Positions 1 to 12,113 of a stretch of 64,000 nt of DNA are shown piece by piece. Under the pieces are notes generated by a model that saw only the letters and a list, made by a program, of their open reading frames with translations, made no database searches and was not told the origin of the DNA. How positions within the stretch are numbered: position 1 is the stretch's first letter; each line of letters starts with the position of its first letter. The stretch comes from Vicugna vicugna (Eukaryota), in assembly GCA_013265495.1 (NCBI GenBank), contig MU058065.1, positions 5,306,976 to 5,370,975 on the forward strand. Direction: 5' to 3'. Made by a program: the position numbers and the translations under genes.

Positions 1-394
1 AGACCCTCACCCAGTGAGACATCCAACCCAGAAAGCCCCGTCCCTGCCTCTCCCAGCAGAGCGTGGGCTCATCCCACACACACGCGCCGGGCTGGAGATA
101 GACTGATCACATATCATCAAAGAGACATGGACTGGGTAGCAACTGACTACAGGCGAGGGGCTGGAGACTAAACAGCAGGTTCCCTAAAGCTAAGAGGAAA
201 GCCTGAGAGATCAAGTTCTTAAGCCAAAGACACGGCATCCTCAAGCAAGAGGAGTGGCTGAGCCTCACATCTCAAGGCTGAGATCTGTAAACAGTCTGCA
301 GAATTTCAACTAAACAAAGGATACTTCTTTCCTAGTACTTCAAATAATCTATTTAATCTTCGACTAGTGGGGATGGTGCACAGCTAAGAATTTG

Positions 395-555
395 TGAGAC
401 CATGGTTCCCATACTGGTCTGCTACTAACTAATTCAGGAGTCTCAGAAAATAATTTAATTTGGAAGAGTCTCTATTTCCTCATCTATTAAGCAATAGTGT
501 AGGAATAAGTAATTTTTAAAGTCGTTTTGTCTTTCGCAGCTCTAACATTCTATTA
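395..555 (+). mobile_element. MIR3/MIRc SINE fragment
   Basis: Core tttcctcatcta and MIR3-type 3' end cagctctaacattcta. Confidence 0.6.
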
Positions 556-1225
556 AAAATTATACATGTGAATACGTGTGTAGGCGTAACGATCCATCAC
601 CCAATACTGTTCTCCAAGAAATGGAAAGTGCTGTCTATAGGAGAGAGATTGTAACTTGACTTTACTGGTAAGGGAAGTAAACACCGGCTGGCTTATGTTA
701 ATTTCCAGAGTAGTAGTTGACAGGGTTATCCTTCATTCAGAAAGTATTTCAATAACAATCGAATGAGTTATAACAAATATCCCCAGGCATTTTAGCAGTA
801 CCAGAAAACTGTCAGAGCCCCAGAACTGGGCCCAGGATTTCATTTGGGTTACGCAGTGCCCTGAGCTTCTAGACAACAGACAACATGGAGCGTTTCCCCT
901 CCCACCCAGTAGTTCACCAGCTCATCTTGGTTCAGGGAGGGTGTCTGAAGACTGCAGACCCACACGTACAGTCCAGCACCATGGCCCCTCACCTTCAAGC
1001 CCGGCGTAGGCAGGAGTGTGACTGATGCTGCAACAGATGGTAAGCTGGAGGCTGTGGGAGGTTGTAACTCCTTGTTCCTTCTGCCAGTTAATTCCCAAGG
1101 AGGAATTATTTCGAAGAGAGATTTCCATCCCTCACCCCACTCCTTCTGGGGGAAAAGAATTAGAGATTCAGAAAAACAAGGGCAAGATGGGGACCAGGGA
1201 CAATCATTCCCAGCTCACTCTCAAG

Positions 1226-1429
1226 CAAAGCTTCTCTGCCTTAGCATCACTGACACTAGCGGCTGGATAAGCCTCTATTGTGGGGCTGCCTTGGGCATTG
1301 CGGGATGTTTAGCAGCATTCCTGGCCTCTACCCACAAGATGCCAGTAGCACCCCTCCAGAGCTGTGACGACCAAAACTGCCTCCACACATTCCCAAACAT
1401 CCCCCAGACTGCTCCCATTTAAAATCACT
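1226..1429 (-). mobile_element. MER20 hAT-Charlie non-autonomous DNA transposon
   Basis: Reverse complement of MER20 core (gatgtttagcagcattcctggcctctacccacaagatgccagtagcac); similar to the copy at 51113. Confidence 0.85.
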
Positions 1430-2189
1430 CACAGAACAGTCTGCCCACAGAAGGTCTCAGACAAACTACGCTGGCTGAAGGGAACACCGCCCACTCTCCA
1501 CAGTGATGCTTCCATCCACACCCCCCCACCATGAATTACGCTGTTTACTCAATTTAAATACTAACAGGACCTCTACAGACATTCTGCTCCATTCTCAAAT
1601 CCTGCATCTAAACATTGAAAGCTCTGGCTGAGAGCCTAGATTTGGGTGAACCCAAGTGTGGCGCAGGGTCAGCCTTATGTTCCCAGCCTCTGCTCCCGAC
1701 TCCATCCACTCTGGCTGGAACCTTCCAAGTGCCTCCCAAGAACAGGCTGTATGTGGGAGTAAGTCCTCGTAAAAGAGAGAGAACAGAAGAGGCCAGCAAT
1801 CAGAATCCGCAGCCTGGAGCTTCGCCTTCATCGTTCACGGGCCGTGTGGCCTGGAGCGGATCCCTTAAGCTTTCTGAGGCTGCTTCCTCAAGTGCAAAGT
1901 GAGAGTAAAGCTCCCCGCCTTGCCTTTCTCAGTGCGTCATTTCGAAGCTCAAAGACAAGGTATGAGACATCTGTAGAGGACCAAATGCTTGCCGTTACCT
2001 CCAGCGTTGTTATTACAGCAGCCCATCTCTGTGCTAACAACCCTCCACTGCAGGAGTTTAAGGAAAGGCTCAAAGACCACTTTTCTTTCATGTTAGTATT
2101 AACTTGGTCAGAAGTTCCTCTGCTTAATTTCACCAAAACTGTGAGACATCACCAAGCAATTTCTTTGCAAAAGATTACCAGTCAGGTCC

Positions 2190-2700
2190 AGCAAATGGCA
2201 ATCGATATTTACGTAAACCTACTAGGTACCTTTGGGATGCATCTGTAAACAACACAGACTAGGATTCCCGCTCTCAAAAGGCCTATCTTTTAAATGGGGT
2301 GGGGGCAGGGGACAATAAACAAACAAAAATAATAAAAAGTAAATTGCACAGTATGTTAGAAGCTGATAAATGCTGTGGAAGAAAAGGCAAGTAAAGGACC
2401 TGGTGTCGATGTGAGGGTGGGGTGGGGGTCAATTTGCTGTTTACAAGGGCCAGCCTGGTTGAGAAGGGGGATGTGGGCAGCTGCGGGGAAGAGCATTTCA
2501 GGCACAGGGAACGGCCGATGTAGAGGTCCGCAGGCTGGAGTATGAGGTCAGAATTCCACAAGCAGGAGACCGTGGTGAGCAGGCTGAGAAGCAGAAAAGG
2601 AGTAAGAAATTGGAACTGGGTGTGAGGGTGGTTGGAGGGCAGAGCCAGGGCATGTGAGAAACATGGCGGGAGCTCTACTCCGAGCCAGCCACTGTGCTGG
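2190..2700 (-). mobile_element. LINE-2 (L2a-like) 3' fragment
   Basis: Antisense L2 motifs: gataaatgctgtggaagaaaa, ggggaagagcatttcaggcacagggaac. Confidence 0.75.
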
Positions 2701-3942
2701 GCACTGGGGAGCCACAGCCAGCAACTCGCTCCCTGCTGCCAGGAGCTGGCTACCCACCAGGGACAAAGGGGTTCTGAGAGACCTTGACCAAATTCTTGGC
2801 CTTATTAAGGACAAGTCTGAAAGGAATGAGGGGGTCAGCGGTCCCTGACTGAGTTCTTTCACAGACAGATTGTGCGGGCATCAGAGCCTCTCTGTGCCAA
2901 CGCCCACCCCCCGACACCACCACCACCAGAAAACGGTGAATCCTCCCGCACAAGAGACCCCTGGTGACCCACAAACAAAGGAGAATGTTCACCTCAGGTC
3001 TCTCCCCCGTTCTTTGGTAGATGCTCAGCCTGGTGAAATCCGAACGCCAAAGGGCGTGGCTCAAGGAAAACAAGAGGCTGTCACTACAGCAAGTTCACCT
3101 TCCCACTGCCTGTCCCCTCGCTGCCACTCACCCCCCAGCCAGGAACTCAAGGGCCTGCGCTTCTTATGAATGAGGTGCCAGGAGCTCACGCGCCAGGCCC
3201 CTCATCTCTCCCCGCTCTCCTAGACCCCCAAGCAAGGGTCTCTGACTGTTGCTTCCACGCTGGGTGCAGCTAGCTCAACCTTGCCCCATCTTTCCCAAGT
3301 CATTTGCAAATGAGGCAGCTGCAGGAGCACACACAGTTGGCTCTGTGCCCCAGGGAGGTGCTTCTAAAGCAGCAGGGGATGTGCCGCTTCCAATCAAAAT
3401 TAATGGAACAAAAGCCCCCTGGGTGCTGCACGAGCTAGTCTCCCAGGGAGCCTGCATCTCCACTGTTCTCTCCCCAAGCCCACCTCCTGGGCTCTCCTGT
3501 CCCTTGGGTGTCTTTGGCAGAGGTCTCGGGCCCATCAGGAGTCGGTCAGATGGGGGTTCACACACTTACAGGCACACACGTGCACACTCCTACTCATGCG
3601 CACACGAACATTTTGCATACGCATGCACCTTTTCTGGCTTCTCTTTTTAACAAGTGAAATCATTAGCAATCTCATGGGGAGTGGGGGGGAAATTACACCA
3701 TGAGGGCAGCACAAAGGAACTATATAATAAAACAGCCCTTGAAGGGTTTGCAAAAAAAGTTAAGAGCCTCTGGTTTCCTCTTCATTTTTGTTTTGTTTGT
3801 TTTGCTTTGTTTTCATATACAAGCACTTTGCGTGCACATTTTTGTTGTGAAAGATTCAGGACAGTAGGTTAAGTACACAGCATGGCGTCCACATAACCTC
3901 TGACCTCCGAGCCCCTGCCTCCTTCCTCAGAGGTAAACACAA

Positions 3943-4475
3943 TTGTGCTGGAATATTCTGCTGTCCATTTGGCTGGTCCAGGAACCCCTAATCCCAGAAT
4001 CCCCCTTCCCAGCATGGCTGTGGGTGAGAGTCAGTCAAAAGGGAGGTTGGTGAGATCTGGGAGGCAAAAGTGAAGCAGGAGCCGTGTGTTCTGGAGGGCA
4101 TGTAGGTCACAGGTGACAAGAGACAGCACTGAGGCGTTGGCCAGTCCAGTCTAGCACTGTTCTTTCCTTCTCCATCTCCAGCTCACCTTCCCCCTCACTC
4201 CCCGCCAGCCTACCAAGCGACAATGACTCCAAGGAACCTCCAGACGTTTCACTGCAAACTCAGAGACAGCAGCGAGCACAGACAACAAACTGCCACGTGC
4301 TCCTGCTGCAATCCCACCCCAGCCGCTGGCTTCCAGATCCTTCGCCCTCAACTCCACCTTTACAGACCCTTTCCTACGCAGCTGCCCCCACAGCTTTGTA
4401 AGAACTAAATCCTACAGTAAACGCCTTATTCCAAGACTCTTCCTGTTCTTGCTTCCCAGATTAACTGGCTGACGT
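3943..4475 (+). mobile_element. Old ERVL-class solo LTR (LTR41/LTR52-like), apparently nested in an L1ME fragment
   Basis: 5' cccagaatcccccttcccagcatggct...gagatctgggaggc and 3' taaatcctacagtaaacgccttattcca...tgcttccc resemble recalled LTR33/41/52 consensus. Confidence 0.55.
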
Positions 4476-4479
4476 GGCT

Positions 4480-4865
4480 GCCAGCAGTGTGCTGTGCTTC
4501 AGTCCTTTTTCTATACAAAGGTACCAACCCACAAAGAGCTCTGCCTTTTTCCCTCCTTTTTTCCTTAAATGTAATCATCTTGGTGAGATTTCTGTGGTTA
4601 ACACATACAAACTAACCTCATTCTTTTTCATGGCTACATAGTATTCCATTGTGGGTGTGATTTATTTAAGCATTCCCATATTGGTGAACATTTAAGTCGT
4701 ATCTAGTCGTCCACTCTGATAAAAATGCTGCAGTGGCATTTTAGAGCTACCTCTTTATGCATAGTATGCCAATCTTCTTTAGGGCAGATTCCTAGAGCTG
4801 GAATAATCAGGGGAATTATTTCTAATTTCTATCATATTTACCAAATGGCCTTCCAAAAGGCTTCT
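4480..4865 (-). mobile_element. Ancient LINE-1 (L1ME-like) fragment
   Basis: cattctttttcatggctacatagtattccattgtg...gaacatttaag...gattcctagagctggaat...ccaaatggccttccaaaagg. Confidence 0.8.
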
Positions 4866-5349
4866 TTCTCTAAAATGCTGTTGCCCTGCCAGCAGCTTTG
4901 TCCTTGTTTGCTAAACAGGGCTTTGCACTCTGGGTTCCCTGGAGATGCTAACATGCTCTGCCTGGAGCGGGCATTTTGAAGCAGAGACGCAGACATTGGA
5001 AAAGCAAGAGGGAAGGTCATGGAAAGCATTGTGCTTAGAAGAAATATACAAGTAGCTGGATAAAGACTAAAAGAAGACAAACCATGGGAACTGGTATCCA
5101 CATGAAATGGGCAGAATGGGATTACCCTTAAGAGAAGGAGACTTTTTGTGTGATTTCAGAGATTCACAACTTCCTCCAAATTACTGCCCATGCATGCATC
5201 CATGGACATACATGTACACACACATACACACACACACACTCTTCAGCTTCTGTTGCTGAAGCTTAAAATTCCTTTAAATATTTTCTTCCCCCAAATAGAG
5301 CTAAGGTCCAAATAAAAATAATCCATATGAATAAGTAGTAGTTATATGT

Positions 5350-5515
5350 GAAGAACTTTGCTAAATATTTACATGCCTTATGTCACTGGAGGTAGGTCTT
5401 ATTCCCACTTTACAGATGAGAAAAGTAAAGTTCAGAAAATCAAAGCTAGACAACAAGTGAGTTGCAGAATAAGGATATGAACTCAGCTCCATGGACCGAA
5501 CAACCTTTAGCCATG
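5350..5515 (-). mobile_element. MIR SINE
   Basis: attcccactttacagatgagaaaagtaaagttcaga core. Confidence 0.75.
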
Positions 5516-6709
5516 GTGCTGCCTGCCCAGGGGAAGGCAACAGTACCCCTCCACTTTGCAGTAGGGAGTGGACTGCTTCTGCTGGCCTCATTCCTGAGAG
5601 CAGCTTTGCCTAGAGCAAAGGACACCAGGTGTTAGAAAAGACCAGTTAGAGAGAGGAGGGAAGGTCAAGAAAGAAGATGCTGAGAGGAGTCACCTACTTC
5701 CTGAGCCAGTGAAAAGGAGGCTGGGCTAGACTGGCCCCAAGGAGAACCGGGAGGAGGACCAGAGGAAGAAGAAGGTCAGCTCTCCCGGTCGGGGCAGCTC
5801 CTCATGACTGTGGTGCTGAGAGCCTGGAAGACACTGGAAGCGCTGGGAGGGCCACTCCCGAGTTTCCTCCTGCCCTAGCGAAAAGGCGCCTCCCCTTGAC
5901 AGGCGACCCCCTACTGTAAAGTAACTTTACCCCCACACAATTAGATGACCTCAGGGACCAAGGACCTTGCAATAAGGATGCAGGGAAGGAGTAAGGGGAT
6001 GTGGGTGATGAGGTGCCAGCCTGGGATCTGGGTTGTGGGATTGTCGGCGAGGCCAGTGCCGGAAAAGCAACAACGTGGAAAAGAGGCCTCGCAGGAAGGA
6101 CAAAGGATGTGGTCAGAAGTCCCTGGGAAAACACAGCACCAACGAAGGACGGTGTTCTAGGGGCAGGTGGGGGGTGCACAGCCAGGCTCCGGTGGCGGAA
6201 GAACCTCAGGTCTGCAGGGGCCCAAGCTCCAAACACAGACCTTGTGACAAGCCAAGTCTACCTTTGCGGCTCGGCCTGGAAAACGCATTGCTTCAGCAGG
6301 CCCTGGTGAAGTCCTGCCTGCCTACAAGTAAAAAGGAAACAAGCCTCTGGGAATCAGTGATGACGGGAAATAGGGAAACAGAAGGTAAACAGAGCCGCAC
6401 GGCAGGCCTGTCTGGAAGGACCCAAAAGGAGCACCAGTGCGCTGTGGGGCCGGGATGGGGGGCAGGGGCTGCTGGGTGCTGTGCACTCTTAGGGAGGTGG
6501 GATGGAAGTGGCCGTCTCCCCAGACCCCACCAGAGGCCTGATGAGGGTGTGCTGCTGTCCTGAAGGTCCCCTCTCCCTGAACAGCCTGCCACCACCGGAA
6601 GATGAGCCGCTCCAGCCACCACTAAGCTCCGAGTCAGAGGCGGCAGTGGGGGCCAGGCCCGAGACAGGAGAGCAAATATTCAGGACAGAGTATTTTTCAC
6701 ACTGAACCC

Positions 6710-6990
6710 TCAGAAGCATGTGTCTCTCAGTAGCGGTACAGCACAGGACGGACACTACACGTCCATCTGGCATGACAGTTATGAAGACTAAGCAGCGATA
6801 CGGAAAGTCAGCGTAACGTGCGACATCACTGACCATGACAGGTGGGCCCCTTTCTCAGGCGGAGACGCGCCAGGAGAGGCGGTCTCAGAACAGCAGCAGT
6901 CGTGGTCGGGGGCTGTGGGGTGAGGGCTGACTTCCCCTCCACTTTCTACGTTTTCTGTCGGAGGGTCTGTACGCCAGTTTTCCCACAATG
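6710..6990 (+). mobile_element. Highly diverged, GC-shifted L1ME-like 3' fragment
   Basis: atgaagactaagcagcgatacggaaa and gacttcccctccactttctacgttttctgt...ttttcccacaatg align to a recalled L1ME4-type 3' end. Confidence 0.45.
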
Positions 6991-7093
6991 TGGAGAGGTG
7001 AAGAGGGAAAGGTCTGGACGGGAGCTGAGGTGTCTGTGACGACCCTGGGTGACTGCACAGTGTTTGTCCACAGTGAGTGTGAGAACCAGACCC

Positions 7094-7255
7094 CACACAC
7101 ACCACACAACACGCACACGACACACACACACCGTGCACACACAACACACACATACTATGAACACAACACACACCTCACACACATACACCATACACAACAC
7201 ACACAACATGCACACACTGCACGATGCACACACCATGCACACAAAGCATACACCC
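7094..7255. repeat. Degenerate CA-rich simple repeat
   Basis: Interrupted (CA)n/(CACAA)n tract; explains the His/Thr- and Cys/Val-rich ORFs here. Confidence 0.95.
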
Positions 7256-9589
7256 AGAGGCACGCTCGTGTGCCTTTATTCCCACATGGATTTCAGTGGG
7301 TATCCGCTGAGGAAAGACTTTGCCCTCCGAGATCCCAGGGGTGGGCGAGCAGGGTAGCTCTCTCTTTGTCCCTCACAGGAGACTCAAGTTTGCTCCCCAA
7401 GCAGAGCACTCATGAGCCATTTGGGAGCTGGAAACCCACCCCCAGGCCACAGACACTCTGTTCACTTGAGAGCAGCACCCTGCACCTGTCAAGGGATCAG
7501 ACGCTGGGTAGAATCCCGATGGACACCTCCAGGAAAGACACCTTCTGGGAAAGAGCAGCCCTCACCTGTGCCACGCAGAGCACTCCCTCCTGCTTCCCTC
7601 GCACAGACCAGCTCTCACAGCTTCCTCTGCTCCAGGAAGGTGTGCGGACACACGTGCCCATCACCGGAACCTCTCATTTACGATGCTGGAATCAGCCTTG
7701 CTGGAGTCTTCTCCAGTGTTCAACATTAGGCACGGTACATAGCTTGTATATAAATCAAATTAACATACACTGTCACTGCCTGGTTGAGCAGCTGTATTCT
7801 TTGTGTTTAATTTCATAGTCAAAATGAAACACTTTTCCATTACTAGACTGCAGCTCCACTGGGTGACTGCAATGGTTACCTGCCAGAAGAAAGCCTGGCG
7901 ATGCCAGCCCCATCTGAAAATGGCAAATGCAAACTGGATTTACAGAGGGACTGAAGAGTGGTAAACTACCACCAAATTAAAACATTGATGTTGATTCACC
8001 TCTTGGAATCAAAAGTTTGTTATCAACCCAGCATCATCGGTAAGCCTAGGCCTGGCTTAGACAGTCAGAGCAGAGGGCTGTTAAGGCCATGAGTCAAGGT
8101 CAATGCGTGTCTGAATTAATTTGCTCAGCGCGCTATTAAGAAGGCTCCACTTTCTGGCGCATGTGCGCCGTGCTGACACGTGTTGCCTACCTACTCCAGG
8201 CCATACACCTCACATTCAAATGTGCCAGTTTCCACAAATGTCTTGCTTGGTACTGTGAGCCCCAAGATCACAGGAGGAAATTGAGACCAGACTCAGACAG
8301 ACTGTGACCTAGGGACACAACTAACAGACAACATGACCAGGACTCAAACCAGGATCTGAATGAACCCCAAGTCTCTGCTCCTCATCTTCATCGAGCGAGA
8401 TTGGCTGGCACAGTGCAATCTACATCTGCTAGAAAAAGCAAAACCACTCAGAGCACATGCTTTGCTGGTGATGGATTAACAGTGGTGTCTCCCTGCACAA
8501 CATACATCATGGTTATTTTTAGCACACGGAGTGCCCGCCCTCAGGACCCCAGACGTCCTTCTCTCTGTCATGTGGGGTAGAGACAGTCCAAGCTCAAGGT
8601 TACAAAGAGGTAAAGCCCCCACTCTGCAGCTCTGCCAGCCCCCCGACATTGGGAACGTCCACTGTCTTTCCCTAACACTTAATAGTCAGGACCCACCGGC
8701 AACGTCCCCTTCAATTTTTGGTGGGCTTCAGGTGGGCTCCCAGGCTTGTGTAGACAGCCTCCACCCCACCCCGCCCAGACCAGTCAGAACTGGCTCTCAT
8801 CTCTGTTCTGTAAGTGCTACGCTCTCTGTCTCCTAACTGGGCCTGCCTGCTCCACGTGCAGCGGCTCACAGCTCCTTGAACCCGAGCCTCTGCTCACTGG
8901 CAACCCGTCTGGAATTCTGTCCTGTTCAAGAGTGTTGACACAGTGAAAGACAGGCAAGGCAATCAGATGGACGCCAAGCCTGCAGAGCACAGAACTCTCT
9001 TCCCGTGAGGACAGCACACTCCTCGGCTTCCAGGGCCAAGGACCGTAAATCTCTCTATATGCGTGCAGGGCATGTGCAACCACGGAGAAACCACGACGGC
9101 TCATGACGCCTCAGATTGGATGGCCCGAGCCAGAGAGATCACCCAAATATTTTGGTAGGCCACAGAGTAAAAGAATTACAACCTTTGGACCAGAGATTCT
9201 TTTCTCTGCCAAACAGGCATTTTCCTACAGAGTGATAGCGCATACTTTCCACTCCAGATAGATCAATGTTGCAATTAAGACGTTGAGCGGAGCTGGCCAT
9301 TCAGGGGCGGCCTCGATGGGCGTCTACACCTTGAGGAGGAGGAGGTGTTGTATAAGAAGGCTCAGGGTTCAACCCTCAGCATGATGAGTTTACAGGGTCA
9401 TCGGGCTCTGAATGCTGACTCCGTGTGTCCATACAGACGCTGTTTGTGGAACTTAGCCCAGTGGAAGTTTTTAGCTCAGAAAAAGCACCCAGCTTGGGGA
9501 GTTGAGCAGTCTGGGCTAATCCATCCTTAGTTACACCGTTTGGGGCAAGACACTTCACTGGAGAGGTTAACCTCCCTGAGTTCTAGGCA

Positions 9590-9730
9590 GCGTGGGGTGG
9601 CAGCAAAGACCACCAACCCTGGAGCCCAAGTGTGCCCTAATCCCAGATCTGCCATTACTGTCTGTCTGACCATAGGTGAGGTACACAACGTGTCTGCCTG
9701 AGTTTCTTCATCTGTAAAATGGATTTAAAA
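9590..9730 (+). mobile_element. MIR SINE
   Basis: aatcccagatctgccattact...gcctgagtttcttcatctgtaaaatgg. Confidence 0.75.
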
Positions 9731-9735
9731 GTTGT

Positions 9736-9846
9736 GTTTCCTTTTGAGGTGATGAAAAGGTTTTAGAACTAGACAGAGGTGATGGTTGCATGACATTGTG
9801 AATATACTAAATGCTATTAAATTGTTCCTTTTAAAATGATCAATTT
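9736..9846 (+). mobile_element. L1MB-type 3' UTR fragment
   Basis: ggtgatgaaaaggttttagaactagacagaggtgatggttgcatgacattgtgaatatactaaatgc. Confidence 0.85.
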
Positions 9847-9936
9847 GGGGGGTGTGTGTAGCTCAGTGGCAGACTTCATGCTTAGCATGCACAAGGTCCT
9901 AGGTTGAATCCCCAGTTCACATACACACAAAAAAAC
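9847..9936 (+). mobile_element. tRNA-Ala-derived SINE (Vic-1-like, camelid)
   Basis: A box tagctcagtgg, anticodon arm tgcttagcatgca, B box ggttgaatcc, A-rich tail. Confidence 0.85.
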
Positions 9937-9949
9937 TTTGTTTTTAAAT

Positions 9950-10025
9950 GGGAGTGAGTATAGCTCAGTGGTAGAGTGCATGTTTAGCATGCACAAGGGC
10001 CTGGGTTCAATTCCCAGTACCTCTA
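9950..10025 (+). mobile_element. tRNA-Ala-derived SINE (Vic-1-like), tail-less
   Basis: tatagctcagtggtagagtgcatgtttagcatgcacaagggcctgggttcaattcccagtacctc. Confidence 0.9.
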
Positions 10026-10029
10026 AGGC

Positions 10030-10312
10030 TTGGTTCCCCTCCACAGGAGCCTCTCTGTGGGGTCTCTCTGGGAGGGCTTCCTCACATCTTGGTAGCTGGG
10101 CTCCCAGGGCCAGGTCCCCAGGGAAGAACCCTTAGAGGTCACACTGCATCACTTCCACCACGTTGGAGTCACAGAGGCCATCCCAAAGCCTTACCCAGAT
10201 TCAAGAGGAGGGAAAACAGACTCCACTCCTTCACAGGTGATGACAAGATTCTAGAAGAGAATGTGGGACCAGAAATATTGTTGTAGCTCTTATTTCCAAT
10301 GCAGCTGGCCAC
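10030..10312 (-). mobile_element. MLT1 (MaLR LTR, old subfamily) fragment
   Basis: gcatcacttccaccac...cccagattcaagaggagggaaaacagactccactcctt...ctggccaca terminus. Confidence 0.75.
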
Positions 10313-11889
10313 AGCACCTTGCCAAGCCCACCTGTGCTGTCAGAGATGGAGCTTTGGACTCCAGACTTTCACTCCAGAGCCCAGTTCTTATCCACCGGGG
10401 GGCTTAGTTGTAATGTTTTCATCTGTCGAACAGAGATCATGAAATCTTCTACTCCAGAAGGCTACAAAGGTAAGTTAACATACTGGGGCCTTAGTTTCTT
10501 AATCTTTAAAATGGGGTTAATAGAAGTTCCCACCTCTGGGTTGTTACGAGGCTTGACTTATTGTTAATATGTCAAAGTGATAAGCAGACTGGAATATTCA
10601 TGTCAACGGGTCAGTCCATTCTCTTCCCTATAGAAAAGTCTACCTGGGAAACCAAATTAAGACCAGAAGTTTCTTTGCTTAGGATGACCTGTAACAACTG
10701 CGCCTGCCCACCCAGATGTGACCAGCCAAGAGGAACAGAGCTTCATCTTTGCCCCATCCAGGACATTGACGAATAGATACTCTCTCAACCCTTTCTTCTC
10801 TTTCAACCATGTTGTTGCAACATCGCCTCATGCGGCAATTAATTAGATTGCTGCTTATCTTATATTAATTACTGTGCAATAGAATCTCCCCAGTGAGGTT
10901 TTCAGAAATACCCTAGTCAGCCGCAAATTTTTAAAACTTCTCTTAGGGAAGATTCATTTTTAGGAACGTCACATACAGCGAACCCTTCCCGGAGGTTAAC
11001 TCTTGTTAGTTTCCCTTCCAGCCAGAAAGGCTTCCCGATCTTGCTTCTCAATTCTGGAGGGTGAATTTCCTTGGGGTCCTGCAGCTCCTGGGCAGGCAAC
11101 ATTCCACTTGAGTCAGATCACTAAATGAAGCAATTGAGTCACTGCCACCCGTAGTAATAACACATTCTGACAAAAACATGAAAGATAGCCTATCTCTGCC
11201 TTAACTCATGTGGCCATCAGTAGAGGGGAAGAAAGTAAATTCTTTTAAAATACAGACAGAATCTTTTATCAATGAAAAACTGTCATCTGGTCTTTCTTAT
11301 CTCTTTGTGCAATGACAGCAGGATTTATCTTTCTTAGAAGCAAGCCTCCAAATGAATATCATGCCTGTTTTGCCAAGGTGAGTAGTTTGTCATCGTTGGG
11401 CAAGCAGACATGTTTTACAGAGATGTTGTGGTGCATGCACGCCATCTGTCATCCATCCCTGTGCCCTCCAAGGTGTCCTGCAGCCCCGGGCATTAGCCCA
11501 TTTCTCTTACAAACCGGAGAGTCCCACGTGCTCAAAGCCTGCTCTGCAGATCCCAGGCGGGCAAAAATCCCACCATGCGATCTCTGCATCCAAGCATGCT
11601 AGCTGCGTTGTAGCTGCTTCCCTAACAGCAGAGGGAGAGCTGGGCCAGGAGCTTCTCCTCTGTTGGCTGGAACAGTCCAATTCGGAGTCAGTGTTAGGCA
11701 GAAATCCTTCCTCCAGCAAAGAGGTCTCTGCCATCAGCACGTCTCTCTAGGCACCAGCAAGTAGCACTTCCTTCTTTTCATTTTTTGGTTTTTAAAGAGG
11801 CTTTTCTTTTTCTGTAAAACTAGCTTTAGGATTTCTCCTGTGAGTTTGCTCCCTTGGTAACAACGGAAGAGTGATCAGTATCAGGATGA

Positions 11890-12113
11890 TAACAATTACA
11901 GCTAATACTAATGCGCCAAGCCCCATTCTAAGCACGTTATGTGTCTTAGCTCATTAATCTTTATAACAGCCTATAAAATAGCATTACAAGTGTCCTCATT
12001 TTACAGACGGGGAAACTGAAGCACAGGGACCTCCCAGGTCACATGGATAGTAAGCAACAGAGCCAGTATGTGAAGCCAGGTAAACGAGTTCCAGAACCTG
12101 CCAACTCAACAAC
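11890..12113 (-). mobile_element. MIR SINE, near full length
   Basis: ctcattaatctttataacagcc...cctcattttacagacggggaaactgaagcacag...cccaggtcaca. Confidence 0.9.

Noticed and set aside
6988..7818. 276-aa ORF and overlapping His/Thr or Cys/Val ORFs
   Set aside because: Open frame is produced by the CA-rich repeat and GC-rich flanks; no domain; non-ATG start.
11319..11377. Plus-strand exon-like segment ending AAG|GTGAGT (similar cases at 1933-1959 and near 50572)
   Set aside because: Isolated, peptides unrecognised, and no consistent chain of exons; pseudo-exons are frequent.
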